64,000 nt of DNA, taken from Chiloscyllium plagiosum. Taxonomy: Eukaryota. Shown one piece after another: positions 26,370 through 41,064 of the stretch. The stretch spans positions 1,805,069 to 1,869,068 of the forward strand of contig NC_057759.1 of the NCBI RefSeq assembly GCF_004010195.1, written 5' to 3'. The translations under genes and the position numbers were made by a program. Under the pieces are notes generated by a model. It did not search any database. It worked only from the letters and a program-made list of their open reading frames with translations, and was not told the DNA's origin. How positions within the stretch are numbered: the first letter of the stretch is position 1; each line of letters begins with the position of its first letter.

Positions 26370-27101
26370 ACCCAAACTCTCCGATAGAGAGCGGAGACCT
26401 GAGGACGGAGAAGGCAGCGCATAAGGAGGGATAGTGTAACGGTTCTATAACGTGTCATTTTGCCCAGACATGACCCTTTCAGAAACGATACTTACATGAG
26501 TTGTGATGCTGGGACACAGCGTATGTTTTCAGAGCATGCTCTGTCCATGTGCCTGTTACAGACCGTTCAGGCGGCCATGAAGTTGTTTCGGCTGATGATA
26601 ATCTGGTTGAAATAAAATATCGATTCGGTGAGCTTCTGTTATTTTATCGTGGTACAATTTCAACAGCGGCAGCGTTGTTTAGATTGATTCGCGGTGGGTA
26701 GACGTTCGGCTGTTCAGTTTGACTGGGCTGTTTTAAACCCCGCCTTTCCTCTTGCCTGTAACAGACATAAGACAATAATTCCCCCTTTTGTCCGGGCTGA
26801 TTGCTAACTAAGCTTTAATCGATTACTATAAAGCATCTGTGTTGCGAACGAGTGGCGTAATATGTCTTAATATGTTATTTGATTTCAGGGTTTGAGAGGG
26901 TGAATTCAGCGGGCATTTTGCAATTGACCAACTGTCATTTCACGTTATCCGATCAGCCTCCAACAATTCTTTTCCTGCCTTTTCTGTCCCTTCCAAAGCT
27001 GTTTCTCTGTGGGCTGAGGGACAGGGCTGTATCCAATCCCAGCTCTAGGGCGGACTCTCCATTCCCGTAAACAGGTAGCACCGCAGCAGCCTCAGCCTTG
27101 A

Positions 27102-27554
<453 letters not shown>

Positions 27555-27608
27555 ACGGAGTATGGCCGGCCCTGCATACTCACCCTGAGTGTAAGAGAAA
27601 AACACAAC

Positions 27609-27624
27609 GGCTCTTTTCAGAGCC
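27609..27624 (+). terminator. histone 3' stem-loop
   Basis: GGCTCTTTTCAGAGCC. Confidence 0.95.
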
Positions 27625-27808
27625 ACTAAACCATCCAGAGGGAGCAGGAAACGATGGGTTGTATTAATATTGTAATTATAAAAAAAACAGGAAGTAAGTA
27701 CGGAATGAGTTATAAGCGATATTGACATGGGCAGTGAAGTCCTATCTAATGAGATCTCCCGTGTTCGCAGAATTTATTATGACATTGTGAAATATAATTT
27801 TAACATCA

Positions 27809-28308
27809 NNNNNNNNNNNNNNNNNNNNNNNNNNNNNNNNNNNNNNNNNNNNNNNNNNNNNNNNNNNNNNNNNNNNNNNNNNNNNNNNNNNNNNNNNNNN
27901 NNNNNNNNNNNNNNNNNNNNNNNNNNNNNNNNNNNNNNNNNNNNNNNNNNNNNNNNNNNNNNNNNNNNNNNNNNNNNNNNNNNNNNNNNNNNNNNNNNNN
28001 NNNNNNNNNNNNNNNNNNNNNNNNNNNNNNNNNNNNNNNNNNNNNNNNNNNNNNNNNNNNNNNNNNNNNNNNNNNNNNNNNNNNNNNNNNNNNNNNNNNN
28101 NNNNNNNNNNNNNNNNNNNNNNNNNNNNNNNNNNNNNNNNNNNNNNNNNNNNNNNNNNNNNNNNNNNNNNNNNNNNNNNNNNNNNNNNNNNNNNNNNNNN
28201 NNNNNNNNNNNNNNNNNNNNNNNNNNNNNNNNNNNNNNNNNNNNNNNNNNNNNNNNNNNNNNNNNNNNNNNNNNNNNNNNNNNNNNNNNNNNNNNNNNNN
28301 NNNNNNNN
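27809..28308. other. assembly gap (500 N)
   Basis: N run. Confidence 1.
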
Positions 28309-28868
28309 GGAGAGAGGAAAAACGGCGCGATATCTAATGGTTTTACCAAGACCCATGTGTTTGTCCTTTTAGAGGAGTATCACATTCCTACAGTGAGTCT
28401 GCGGTTCCACTATTGATTGCACACTTTCAACAAACAGTGGGAAACAGAATGAAATTTCATTAGGTTCAGAGGATTGTAAACCACAAGAATGTCCCACAGC
28501 AGCTTCTTCCCGCTCTGCCTCCCACAGAAGGCCCACACACAGCCCGAGAAAGGCCTCTCTCTTCCCCCCCCCAGCCCGCTCACTCCAACTTCCGGGACCA
28601 GTTCCTGCTCCGCTCGGCCTCTTACAAACAGCCCCCGGTTCTCCCTGAACTCACCCCGAATCAATCCCGGTCTCGGAGCCCCCTTTGTGTCTCAGGCTCC
28701 CATCCCGATGTGCTGTTGGAAGGAGCCTGCTGTTCCCTCGCTTCCCTGGGCGCTGATCTCTCCATTGCGGTCTGTTTCAAACAAACCTCTTGCACTCACT
28801 GAGTAAATGCTCCTCAATAGCAGCGCTGGGGGAGGGCCGCACGCATGCGCTCCTCTGGACAGGACTAT

Positions 28869-28992
28869 CACCTGATGAAGGAGCGTCGCTCAGAAAGCTA
28901 GTGTGCTTCCAAATAAACCTGTTGGACTATAACCTGGTATTGTGTGATTTTTAACTTTGTACACCCCAGTTCAACACCGGCATCTCCAAATC
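28869..28992 (+). mobile_element. family-B hammerhead mini-element upstream of H4
   Basis: cac-CTGATGA-A-GGAGC-gtc-GCTCA-GAAAGCTA-gtg, core at 28872-28900. Confidence 0.85.
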
Positions 28993-29211
28993 TTGGGGAG
29001 AAAAGGTTCGGTCCCAGACACAGTTGGGGTGGGAGTGAGCTGGAGGCGGAGCTGGATGATCAAAGCCATTTCCGTGCTTTGTCTGTCACTCAGTTTCCTC
29101 TCCGGACCCGCCTCTCACTCTCTGTCAGCTCTTTCTCAGCCAGGTCGGACCGGGCTGTATAAAAAAGGAAGGGGAGGAAGCTCGGCTCTCATTCGGCAGC
29201 GATTGGAGTGA

Positions 29212-29532
<321 letters not shown>

Positions 29533-29564
29533 GGAGAAAGCGACCCTTTTCCAGCGAACCCAAA

Positions 29565-29580
29565 GGCTCTTTTCAGAGCC
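29565..29580 (+). terminator. histone 3' stem-loop
   Basis: GGCTCTTTTCAGAGCC. Confidence 0.95.
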
Positions 29581-30303
29581 ACCCAAACCCTCCGATAGAG
29601 AGCGGAGACCTGAGGGCGGGGAAGGCAGCACATAGGGAGGGGATATTTTAACGATTCTATAACGTGTTATTTGTCATTTTGCCCAGACACTGATGCGGTA
29701 CTATTACGGTATTTGTCTTTCATTGACCCTTTCAGAAACGATACTTACATGAGTTGTGATGCTGGGACACAGCGTATGTTTTCATAGCCTGCTCTGTCCA
29801 TGTGCCTGTTACAGACCGTTCAGGCGGCCATTAAGTTGTGTTTCGGCTGATTATAATCTGGTTGAAATAAAATATCGATTCGGTGAGCTTCTGTTATTTT
29901 ATCGTGGTACAATTTCAACAGCGGCAGCGTTGTTTAGATTGATTCACGGTGGGTAGACGTTCGGCTGTTCAGTTTGACTGGGCTATTTTAAACCCCGCCT
30001 TTCCTCCTGCCTCTAACAGACATATCAGGCAATAATCCCCCCTTTTGTCCGCGCTGATAGCTAACTAAGCTTTAATCGATTACTATAAAGTATAAGTTGC
30101 GAACGAGTGGCGTAATATATCTTAGTCTGTTATTTGATTTCCGGGTTTGAGAGGGTGAATTCAGCGGGCATTTTGAAACTGACCAACTGTCATTTCCAGT
30201 GAACCAATCCGCCTTCAACAATTCTTTTCCTGCCTTTTCTGTGCCTTCCGGAGCTGTTTCTCTGTGGGTTGAGGGACAGGGCTGTATCCAATCCCAGCTC
30301 TAG

Positions 30304-30807
<504 letters not shown>

Positions 30808-30861
30808 ACGGAGCATAGCCGGCCCGGCACATTCATCCCGAGAGTAAGAGAAAAACACAAC

Positions 30862-30877
30862 GGCTCTTTTCAGAGCC
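30862..30877 (+). terminator. histone 3' stem-loop
   Basis: GGCTCTTTTCAGAGCC. Confidence 0.95.
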
Positions 30878-31719
30878 ACTAAACCAGCCAGAGGGAGCAG
30901 GAGTCGATGGGTTACGGAGTACACTGCCCATGTCAATATGAGCGATATTGACGGGCAGTGAAGTCATATTTAATGAGATCTCCCGTGTTCGCAGAGTTTA
31001 TTACGACAGATTGTGAAATATAATTTTAACATCACATTGTGGTAGTAGATTATAAATTCCCGCGAATCTCATTCTCTGTCTCGGTATTCATATGGCTTGT
31101 CGTTGGGGGATGGCAAAGATTTGGCGCCAAGACATCCAATTGTTACTTGCGGACATTGGTATCGTATTTTAGGAAGTGCACATGAGCTGAGTAAAGCATT
31201 AATGGGGAGTCAGTTAAACAAGAAAGTCACAGGCAGCGGCAGTCTAGTTCCAACTACTGAGATCTCCGGTGATCGCAGATTTTGTTATAATAGATTCCAG
31301 AATTTAACTGATGGGGATGGGATAGAATTGGCGCCAAAAGGTCAACGGCTCATTTTCAAATTTGAAAAGCCCACTAACATGTACAATAGAACTTTTACAG
31401 AGGAGAATTCGTAGGTACTTATGCGTTGATTTGTCTATCGATTACAGAAGTGTAGTTTATACAATTCACTTTACCCCGTCCCTCCTTTTACAGCTGAAAA
31501 AAATCACTCACGGGTACTCAATATGCTTTCTCTGGGGACAGAGAAGAAAGCCAGTCTATGAACACACTAGTGAACAAAGCGCAGAGAGATAGGGGCCGCT
31601 ATATCGATTGTTTACTTATTGCACTGAGTCAATTCAGCTCTTCCTGATGCAGTTGAAAGGAATATGAAACCAAAGTCAAACCCGATCGGGGATATTTCTC
31701 GTTCGGCAAGCACAAATTC

Positions 31720-32296
31720 ACCATGTGCGTTTTTGCCGGGGGGGGTTTATGAGTGCGTGTGCGAGTGTAAAGGAGTATACGCGTATGTCTGTGAGAGGGT
31801 GCATGCCTGAGTGAGGGACAGTATATGTGAGCGTATGAGAGAGGGTTCTCCGTGAGTGTCTGTGTGTACTTCGCTCAAAAGCTGTATGAATCCAAGTGAG
31901 ATTCTGTAAATCCATTTTTTAAAAGATTAGAATCAGTCTGACCATTGTGGCACAGATAGTCTCACTCAGGGCAGCTTACACCTTAAAGGCATTATCTGAA
32001 CCAACGTGTTGTTGTTCAGGTTCCTGACACCTGACAACAGTTGTTCAAGTTCACTTAAGAATGTAACTTTTAGATGTTCTGCGATTTACAAGAACTGAAA
32101 CCACCATGGTCTTTTTGAATATGATTTGAGTTACATCAAACACTAAACTTTTGTGAAAAATTGTCTTACGATCTTATATTCTACGAACGTGATGAAAGCA
32201 CCGAAAGCTAGTGCATAGAAATTAAAGTGTTGGGTTATAAGCTGGTGTTGCGTGATTTTTAACTTTATACACCATAGTCCAACATCAATATCTCCA
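31720..32296 (+). mobile_element. degenerate Penelope-like 3' end (family B)
   Basis: similar to 10300-10740; degraded core tgatgaaagcaccgaaagctag near 32190. Confidence 0.65.
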
Positions 32297-32427
32297 TTCA
32301 CAAGTATTCAATAATAAGGCGCTAGTAATTGACTGATCTCAGGTTCAAAGTTCAAGCTTCTCCACATTAAAAGTAAAATAAATCCGGCAGAGATGACAGT
32401 GTAACTCCTTTCACAGATGCTGTGAGT

Positions 32428-32443
32428 GGCTCTGAAAAGAGCC
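32428..32443 (-). terminator. histone 3' stem-loop of H2A
   Basis: reverse complement GGCTCTTTTCAGAGCC. Confidence 0.95.
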
Positions 32444-32471
32444 TTTGGGTTGTCAGATTCAAGAATACTCT

Positions 32472-32921
<450 letters not shown>

Positions 32922-33650
32922 TTATACCTTCGGGAGGAATGGTGGGGCGGCCGTTTCTGATTGGTCCCATTGTCCAGCCCCTCCTAATGTTGTTCCAATT
33001 CCCAATCAGATATCTGCCTCATCCCCCAATCCGGAGAGGGCACGGGGAGGAGGGCGGAAAGTACTGGCGCCAAATCATCAACCGCCTTCTTTCCAATTTG
33101 AAAATACCGCCAATTTACAAACAAAGGAGTGCGTTTTATATTGAAAAATGAAGTACAAAATACAGAGGAAGTTTTTATAAAATACTCGTATCTTAATTTA
33201 CTTTTAGTTTACAAATGTATACTTCACTCGATCTGTCTCTCCCTCATTTGGCGACCTGTATCCGTCCATTTCTGATCTCGAATTTTCTATACCTAAAAAA
33301 GCTGAAAAGAAACACGCCAAACACTGCAGTCCGCACTTGACTTCTCACTTCACATTTCAATAGCTGATAAAGCAGCACACAACATTCTTCCGGCACAGTA
33401 TCGATGGCGAACACGGTGTTTAGACGATATTTTAAAGCTGTCCTCCCTTATTGCTGTCGCTCTCAGATTCAGCAAAATCACCACATTTCAACCCGGCAGC
33501 TGTTTTGGCGTTCTCTCGGTTCCCTTTGAAAGCCTCTCACCGACAGCAGAAAGTGCTTTGCTTTTTGCATTCTGAAAAATCGGATTAAACCCGCGCATTG
33601 CAATTTTTTTAAAATCAGATGAAAGATGCGGACAAGTATGTATTGTTTGC

Positions 33651-33741
33651 CAAGTTAAAAATCACACAACACCAGGTCATACTCCAACAAGCTAATTTGG
33701 AAGCACTAGCTATCGGAGTGCTACTCCTTCATTAGGTGGTT
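33651..33741 (-). mobile_element. family-B hammerhead mini-element (degenerate)
   Basis: reverse complement ctaatgaaggagtagcactccgatagctagtgcttcc; flanks tttgccaag/tttgcaag. Confidence 0.75.
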
Positions 33742-34068
33742 CTTTGCAAGGTGTGAAAATAAGTATTAAAATTTTACTAGGGATTTAGCAACTTTAGACA
33801 AACAAGATGAAAAATGATTCACCGACGTTTAATCTGCCCACTCTCTACGGACAGGGAAGAGGCTGTTTCTGCAATCTTCCCCCCACCGTACCTCATTAAT
33901 TTGCAAAGCTCTTATATAAACAAATATAGCACTAGGAGTAAAATTATTTGATGGAGAATCATATGTAAACTAACACAAACATTCAGCTCTCTCTGGGAAG
34001 TTGTGGGTGTTTTTTTTTATAAGAGCCTTTGAGTTGTGGATATGTTTGTTTCAGTGCAATGCGGTCCC

Positions 34069-34455
34069 TCACTTGGAGCTGGTGTACTTGGTCACCGCCT
34101 TTGTGCCCTCCGACACGGCGTGCTTGGCCAGCTCCCCGGGCAGCAGCAGCCGCACGGCGGTCTGGATCTCCCGGGAGCTGATGGTGCTGCGCTTGTTGTA
34201 ATGGGCCAGGCGGGAAGCCTCCCCCGCGATGCGCTCAAAAATATCGCCGACGAACGAGTTCATGATGCTCATGGCCTTGGAGGAGATGCCGGTGTCGGGG
34301 TGAACCTGCTTTATCACTTTGTAGATGTAAATGGCATAACTTTCTTTCCTGCACCGCCTCCTCTTCTTGCCAGCCTTCGTTGGCGACTTCTTCATGATTT
34401 TCTTCGCGCCCTTCTTGGAGGCTTGCTGCGCTTTCGGTTTGTGTGGGACCCAATG
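34069..34455 (-). pseudogene. H2B: histone H2B, probable pseudogene (native start lost, stem-loop broken); residual ORF 34069-34395
   Basis: Histone fold intact. In-frame [15 protein letters not shown] lies upstream of the first ATG with no Met. Hairpin reads GGCTCTTATAAAAAAAAACACCCAC. Confidence 0.8.
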
Positions 34456-34685
34456 TGGATCTGTCAGAATCTACAACGAAATGTGAAGTGGATGGTGATC
34501 CTGTTCCTGTCAGTCTGACCGAGGGAGATTTGTTTTGTGTCTGGAACACAGAAAGTGACTGTGGTATTGGCTCGGTTTCCTTTTGTTCCTTGTTGTGCTG
34601 ATGTGGGAGTGGAAGGGTGTGTTTCTAGCTCCGCAGGTCTGTTTCTGGTCCTGTCTATGGGCTGGAATTAACACTGAGTTTGCCA

Positions 34686-35020
34686 CTTTTCTCAGTGGTT
34701 AGCACTACTGCCTCACCGCGCCAGGGACCCTGGTTCGATTCCAGTTTCGGGCGACTGTGTGTGTGGATTTTGCACATACTCCCAGTGTCTGAGTGGGTTT
34801 CCTCCGGGTACTCAGTTTTCCTCTCACAATTCAAAGACGTGCAGGGAATTGAATTGGTCATGCTAACTGCCCATAATGTTCCGGGATGTGTCGGTTAGGT
34901 GCATTAATCAGGGGTAAATGCAGAATAATGGGGAATGGTTCTGGGTGGATTACTCTTCGGAGGGTCGGTGTGGACTTGTTGGGCCGAAGTGCCTAATTCT
35001 ACACTGTAGGGATTCTAAGA
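34686..35020 (+). mobile_element. HE1-type V-SINE
   Basis: tRNA head with ggttcgattcc B-box, V-domain. Confidence 0.85.
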
Positions 35021-37189
35021 CTGCGAATGTTTTCTAGGTTTGGGATTGATGGAATTCGTTCTCAACTGCACGGAGTTGGAGAGAGATGAAAAAAAAGTCC
35101 CTATTTAAAACTTTTCTTGAGTCACGGGTTGAAAATGTCTGTCTTGACTGTGGGATTAATATATTTCTGAGAACTTGATTGCTAACTGTGGGCCGAGAGA
35201 CTGATATATAACTGTTTGCTTTGCAAGTAACTACAGTGTAGCAGAACCACGTTGCTGCTCTTTTTATTTAGGAGTACTGAACTTTCACGCAGGGATTTAG
35301 AGCAATTGTCCTTCTCATATGAATGCCTGTTAACCAGCAACCGTTAGCATGCTATATATGTCTCACTTTAACTTTACATCTATCTTAGACATTGAGCATG
35401 AATTCAACAATTGTCCTTTGAGGCTCTGGTCCTCTGTGTAATAGTCAATTAGTGTTACTTCAGGACAGGTTTAACTCTGTATCTGTCAAACACTGATGGA
35501 AGCGGTAAAACTTTACAACATTTGCCTGCCACTTGGAAATGTTCCTCCAATCTGTGCCTATCCATTTCTGAGAGGTTTTTGTTTACTCTATTTCACAGTC
35601 CTTACATGTCAGTATGTAACTGGACTGTAACTCAAACCTTCTGAAGTGTAACCTGTTGTTTCTTACTCTGTAGGTGTCAGTCATTAACGTAAGAATGTGT
35701 CTCATTTAGTATCTTCAATTTTGAGTGTGACCAAACACCACTTTAGACAGTCTCAGGTAGGACTCCCTCCCCTCCACAGCAAATCCTTACAATCAACTTT
35801 TGCGATTTGACAGTAAGTTTGTATTTATAACTGTAGCATTTGGCAAGAGGCAATATCTTGTACATTGCAGAAATTGGCAATAACAATTTTACTGCTGATG
35901 TTACACTGTTTATGTCAGTTTCTCGCCAATGGATAGTTGCATTGTATCCTAACAATTTTATACTTTGCAACTGACTCCATATTTCATTCTGTAACTGCCA
36001 GTTTGTTGTTTCTAAACTTGTTTTTACTCAGTTTCTGTCAATCAATGGCATGTGAGAGAGCAAATATCTCAACATTTCTAACTTTCAGATGAAATGAATG
36101 TTTTTTTTAACTCCATCCCTGTTCTGTCACGGTGACTTGTGATTGAATCTGTCAGTATGTGATCTGTGAGCACACACAGTAAGCTAGAAATAAAGCTAAA
36201 GGTGAAGGTTGCCTCCCATTTCTGTCATGCAATTGCAGAGTATACACTACAGTTATGAATTTATTTCAGGATTTTGTCAGTTTAAATGTCTCAAAGCAGA
36301 AGACAAAAAAATGAGAATTCTGTGACATTTTTATCTGCCTGTGTGTACTCAGCTCTGAGAATATGTGAGTGCTATCAAAGTGTACCTGTCAGTTTTTTTT
36401 TAATGAATGAGAACATTGCAGAAACTGGCAGGTATAGATTTAAAACAATGTGAATGTTTATGTGCAGTTTTCATTCTGCATCTGAGTTTCAACTACATGA
36501 ATGAATGAGTGCATTTGAAAGTATCTATACCTTTCAGTGTGTGCTCTGTGAATAAATGAGTGTACTTACAATATTTGTCTCTGTTTAACATGACACTTGC
36601 CAGAAACTGCAGAAGCTCATTTTACTTCAAATCTCTGTTGCTCAACATGCAAAACATTTTATCATTTGCCATCCATGTCAGGGTAGCATGGTGGCACACT
36701 AGTGCCAGGGACCCAGTTTCAATTCCAGCCTTGGCTCATGTGCAAACTGCACACAGATCTGCTCCCAATGTCTGCATTGGTTTTGTTACACCAAACCTCT
36801 TTACTAATTTAAAACCAGCAACACAGAAAAGATTTATCCCATGCAGTAATCTGTGAAAATTCAATAGGCGAAGAACTAGTAAAAGATTAACAGCTTTATT
36901 TATTAAAGTATAACAGAGAGTGATTAACTAACAACTATTTACAACTCCAGAGCTTTGGACTGTGTCATTGGCTTATAAGATTGTCAATATACTCAATTCA
37001 AACTGGATTGGAATTTGATATTTTCGGGATATAATTTAAACCAATTGGTTGAATTCAATTTTGTTTTTGTCTCCAGGCAAGCAGCTACTTGAGTTGTTTG
37101 ACCAAATGTTACTTTTTTTTTCAGAACACTTGGTGCTATTCAGAAGTTCAACTGGCTTAAAGGTAGTTATACTCACGTCTTCATAACAG

Positions 37190-37420
37190 TTTCCTCTGGG
37201 TATTCCAGTATCCTTCCACAGTCCAAACAAGCAGGTTAGCTGGATTATCCATGGTAAATTGCCCTGTAATATTCAGCAATGTTCAGACTAAGTGGGTTAA
37301 CTATGTTAAAGATGTGGTTATGGGGGTAGGCGTCTATATCTGGGGGCGATGTGCTTTGGCAAGTTATTGCAGGTCTGTGGGCCAAATGTCCTCTACCTGT
37401 ACTGGAGGAACTCTGTACTG
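37190..37420 (+). mobile_element. degenerate V-SINE fragment
   Basis: tttcctctgggtattccagtatccttccacagtccaaa..gttagctggatt..aaattgccc. Confidence 0.55.
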
Positions 37421-38689
37421 TAAATTAAAGTGAGACTTTTTATACCATTGTCAGTCTCTGGCACTCTACAGCAGGTTGGATAATTTCCACAACTTACAAT
37501 CATAAACAGTACCTTTGAATGGAAGCTATTTTCTGGATTGGTCAGTCTCTGGTCTGAATGTGTATATTGAATTTATTGCTTACATGTGTCTTACAAGACC
37601 AGTATGAGAGTTTCTTCATTCTGTGTCCAATAATTTCTGGGTATCTGTCTGAATGTGTACCTTTTCATGTCAATGTTTAATTTTCCTTTGGACTACTTGA
37701 AAACAAAGTATTTATTCGGTGATTTTGTCTGAAATTTTTTTCTACTTTCTTTTTGTGGAAACAAATTAAATTGCAATATTTGTTTCAATCTGATGCTTGG
37801 CTGCTATTTAATTCCTCCAGTCTGGATAAAAAGATACATGAATTACATACAGTCAGAGAGTCAGACAGTGAGTTTAAGCCATGGTGAGATAATTGGATGA
37901 ATAATTAGTCTGAATTCTTATTTACTTCTTTCCCTACTAAAGTGGAATACGTTGTGAACATGCAATAGGTTCAGTATTTTCTAATAAACAATTAGAATTT
38001 AATTTTCGACTAAGTTGATACCAGGCATTTAAAAGCTATAGGAAGTTCACTTGTAAACTGGGATGGATATACTTCACTCTCACACTGTCCTGGATAACTT
38101 GTTTAATGAAATGCTAGTTCTCCCAACTGTGACATCTTTAAGGTCATGACTTTTCTATTTTTGCCTATAGACCTACTAACCTGACAGTATTTCTGTACGT
38201 TGCAAGTTATTCTGTACCCATTGTGTATTGGCACCATCTCACTCTTTGTTGTGTCCAGAAATTATCTCAGTTTCCTTCAAGTCCTTCATAACACAAATAA
38301 GGACAATAACTGGAGCAATCTGCAACTGTTTGTTCATCTGTGAGTACAGAACTAATCTTGTTTCTTCCATTTACTTGTACGGTTTGTGTACTCAAAGTAC
38401 TTTCTACATGTCAGTCTGTGCTATTCAATGGGACTTTGGATATAGCTCATTGTCCTTCAAAACTCTGCTCAGATATGACAGACGGTCAACAGATTAGAGC
38501 CATGTTGTCCAGTGAAAATCTTGGCAACTAAAATTTAATGTTAACTACTCGGGCTATTGTGTACATGCACTGATTTTATGTATAAAAAACATTTTTGAAC
38601 AGAATAGTTGTTATGATACAGGAAGGATGCCGACACTCACTTGATCCTGCTTCAATCCTCCTGCGTTGTGTTACTGAGCAGTTTAAATG

Positions 38690-38884
38690 GAGAAAGTGAG
38701 GACTGCAGATGCTGGCGATCAGAACTGAAAATGTGTTGCTGGAAAAGCGCAGCAGGTCAGGCAGCATCCAGGGAACAGGAGAATCGACGTTTCCTGAAGA
38801 AGGGCTTATGCCCGAAACGTCGATTCTCCTGTTCCCTGGATGCTGCCTGACCTGCTGCGCTTTTCCAGCAACACATTTTCAGTT
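38690..38884. mobile_element. family-A fold-back element; hammerhead core in the loop; 16-bp TSD
   Basis: perfect 75-bp arms 38719-38793 and 38814-38888; TSD ctgagcagtttaaatg at 38674-38689 and 38885-38900. Confidence 0.92.
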
Positions 38885-39154
38885 CTGAGCAGTTTAAATG
38901 CTTGCTGTAAAGTGGACAGCCAATTAGCAAAGGAGAGCATTTTCAGTTCATGTTTCCTGAAGTGAATGGGAAAGACCTTATTTTCTTTGACTGTTTGTGT
39001 CTGTAAGATTCACTGGTAAGTAAAACCACAACGTATTGTCTCAGAAAGGATCTGTGCTGTTCTTCAGAGTCAAAGAGGGAAAAGCAATGGACCTTTGCAA
39101 CTCCAATAGTGCAATGTCTAATTAGGAGTAATGATATGAAGGTGTGGCCTTCAG

Positions 39155-39800
39155 AGAGTCATACAGTTATATAGCACAGAAACAGATCCTTTGGTCCAAG
39201 CTGTTATTGCTGATCTCATCCCATTTAAGTTAGAGATCTCACAACACCAGGTTAATATACAACAGGTTTATGTTGAAGCAATAGCTTTCAGAGCAATGAA
39301 GGAGCAGCACTCTGAAAAGCTATTGGTTCCAAATAAACCTGTTGTTATCTGAGAAACTGGTATTGTGTGATTCTTAACTTTATCCACACCAGTTCAACAC
39401 TATCACCTCCACATCATGTCTAGTCCCACTTGCCAGCATTTGATGCATATCCCTCTAAACTCTTCCTATTCTTGTATATATTCAGGTGCCTATAAAAGGT
39501 TGTAATTGTACTCACCACCTCCATTTCCTCTGGTAGCTCATTCCATACAACCGCCACCCTCTATATGATAAAGTAACCCCATAGGTCCTTTATAAATCTT
39601 GTTTCCCCAATTCAAACCTGTGCCCTCTATTTTTGCACTCACCCACATTTGGTAAAAGACCTTGGATATGACCATATCATGCCTCTCATGATTTTGTCAA
39701 CCTGTACAAAGGGCACACTTCATTCTCTAACAGTCCATGGAACAAAGCAACAGCCTGTTCAGCCTCTCCTCCTAACTCAAAACCTCCAGTTCTGGCAATG
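39155..39800 (-). mobile_element. CR1 3' end containing a family-B fold-back insert (~39227-39416)
   Basis: CR1 terminus on the minus strand; inverted family-B arms around tgaaggagcagcactctgaaaagcta. Confidence 0.75.
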
Positions 39801-41064
39801 GAACATCCTGATGAGAGTAGTGCAGTTGACGTGGTTTACATGGACTTCTGTAAGGCCTTTGTCGAAGCATAACTCCTGACCGGGGAGGAAAGACTCAGCA
39901 GGCAGGCAGGCAGCATTCAGGCAAGTGGTAGGTGCTTATTCAAACAGAAACGGGTTAGTGCAGGGAGAGGGCCAAATGATCTTCCCCCGAGACTGACCTC
40001 CTAAGAGAGGTCCATGACACACTTTGTTTTAAAATAAAAAGCAATATTGCTTATAAATCACATACAACTTGATTATGATGTTCTTCCCTCTTAATTTACA
40101 TACCCTATTCAATGAGACACCTAATCAATGATGGGAATTTCTATGGACAGCCCCAGGATCCCCTGACCTGTCAGAGTTTAGAAGACACCGTAATCTCTAG
40201 GCCTTGCAGTCTTTCTATGCATCCTATTCATTCTCATTCCAAAGTTATTTTCTAAACACCTTCGGGTTTCTCTCAGTTTAGCTTATCTCTCTCAGGACAG
40301 CTTGAATGTGGTTATTCATCGTATTCCATTTTATCAAGATCAATTGCTCCTCTGATATAATTCAGACAGTGGGGAAATATATGAAGAAAAACAAAAGGAC
40401 AGTTTGTTTTGACTTACTTGCCACAGACTTGTAATTTTAATTTGTTATAAAAACTCAATTACAAAATGTAAAGTAATTTAGATATTCCAACTATTAGCAC
40501 TTTGTGATTAATGGGCTGTGAGCTTGATTCTGGGTGTAAGAGAAGTTATTACCTAAAGCTAACTAACCTTCACTTCCAGGTTTAAATGCTTCTTTTCCCC
40601 TTTATACTTTAGTATTATGCACCTACTTTTTAGGCTGGAAACTACGGAGATGATGCTATGTCTCTTTACGAGAACCTAATTCTTAATATTCCAACTTATT
40701 TCAAGAAACTACATACTATAAGATAACTTGAGCTGTTTTAGGACATTAATGAACTGTAACTAGCACCTGGTGTCTGTTCATTAACTGGGAATATTACCCT
40801 TTCATTTAATGTGGCTGGAGTTACTCACTTATTGGACCTTCGGTCTGCTTGTCAGAACTGTTTCGAATGGGAACAGGCTGGGTCCTTTTTACTGTCCTCA
40901 CAGTGCTTATTGAATGGTATCATTCTGCCTTACTGTGTAAGCAGGCTGCTTGGAATAGTTTCTGCCTGCCATTGTGTTTCACATCCTGCTGTTTAATTCT
41001 TAAAAGGTCAGTTTGTGTTAACAGACATGGGCCACTCTATTCTGGCCAGGTACAGACGACCCCT

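Noticed and set aside
38576-38850. Recurrent peptides MLPDLLRFSSNTF and MCCWKSAAGQAAS in the ORF track
   Set aside because: translations of the family-A non-coding element, not a protein family
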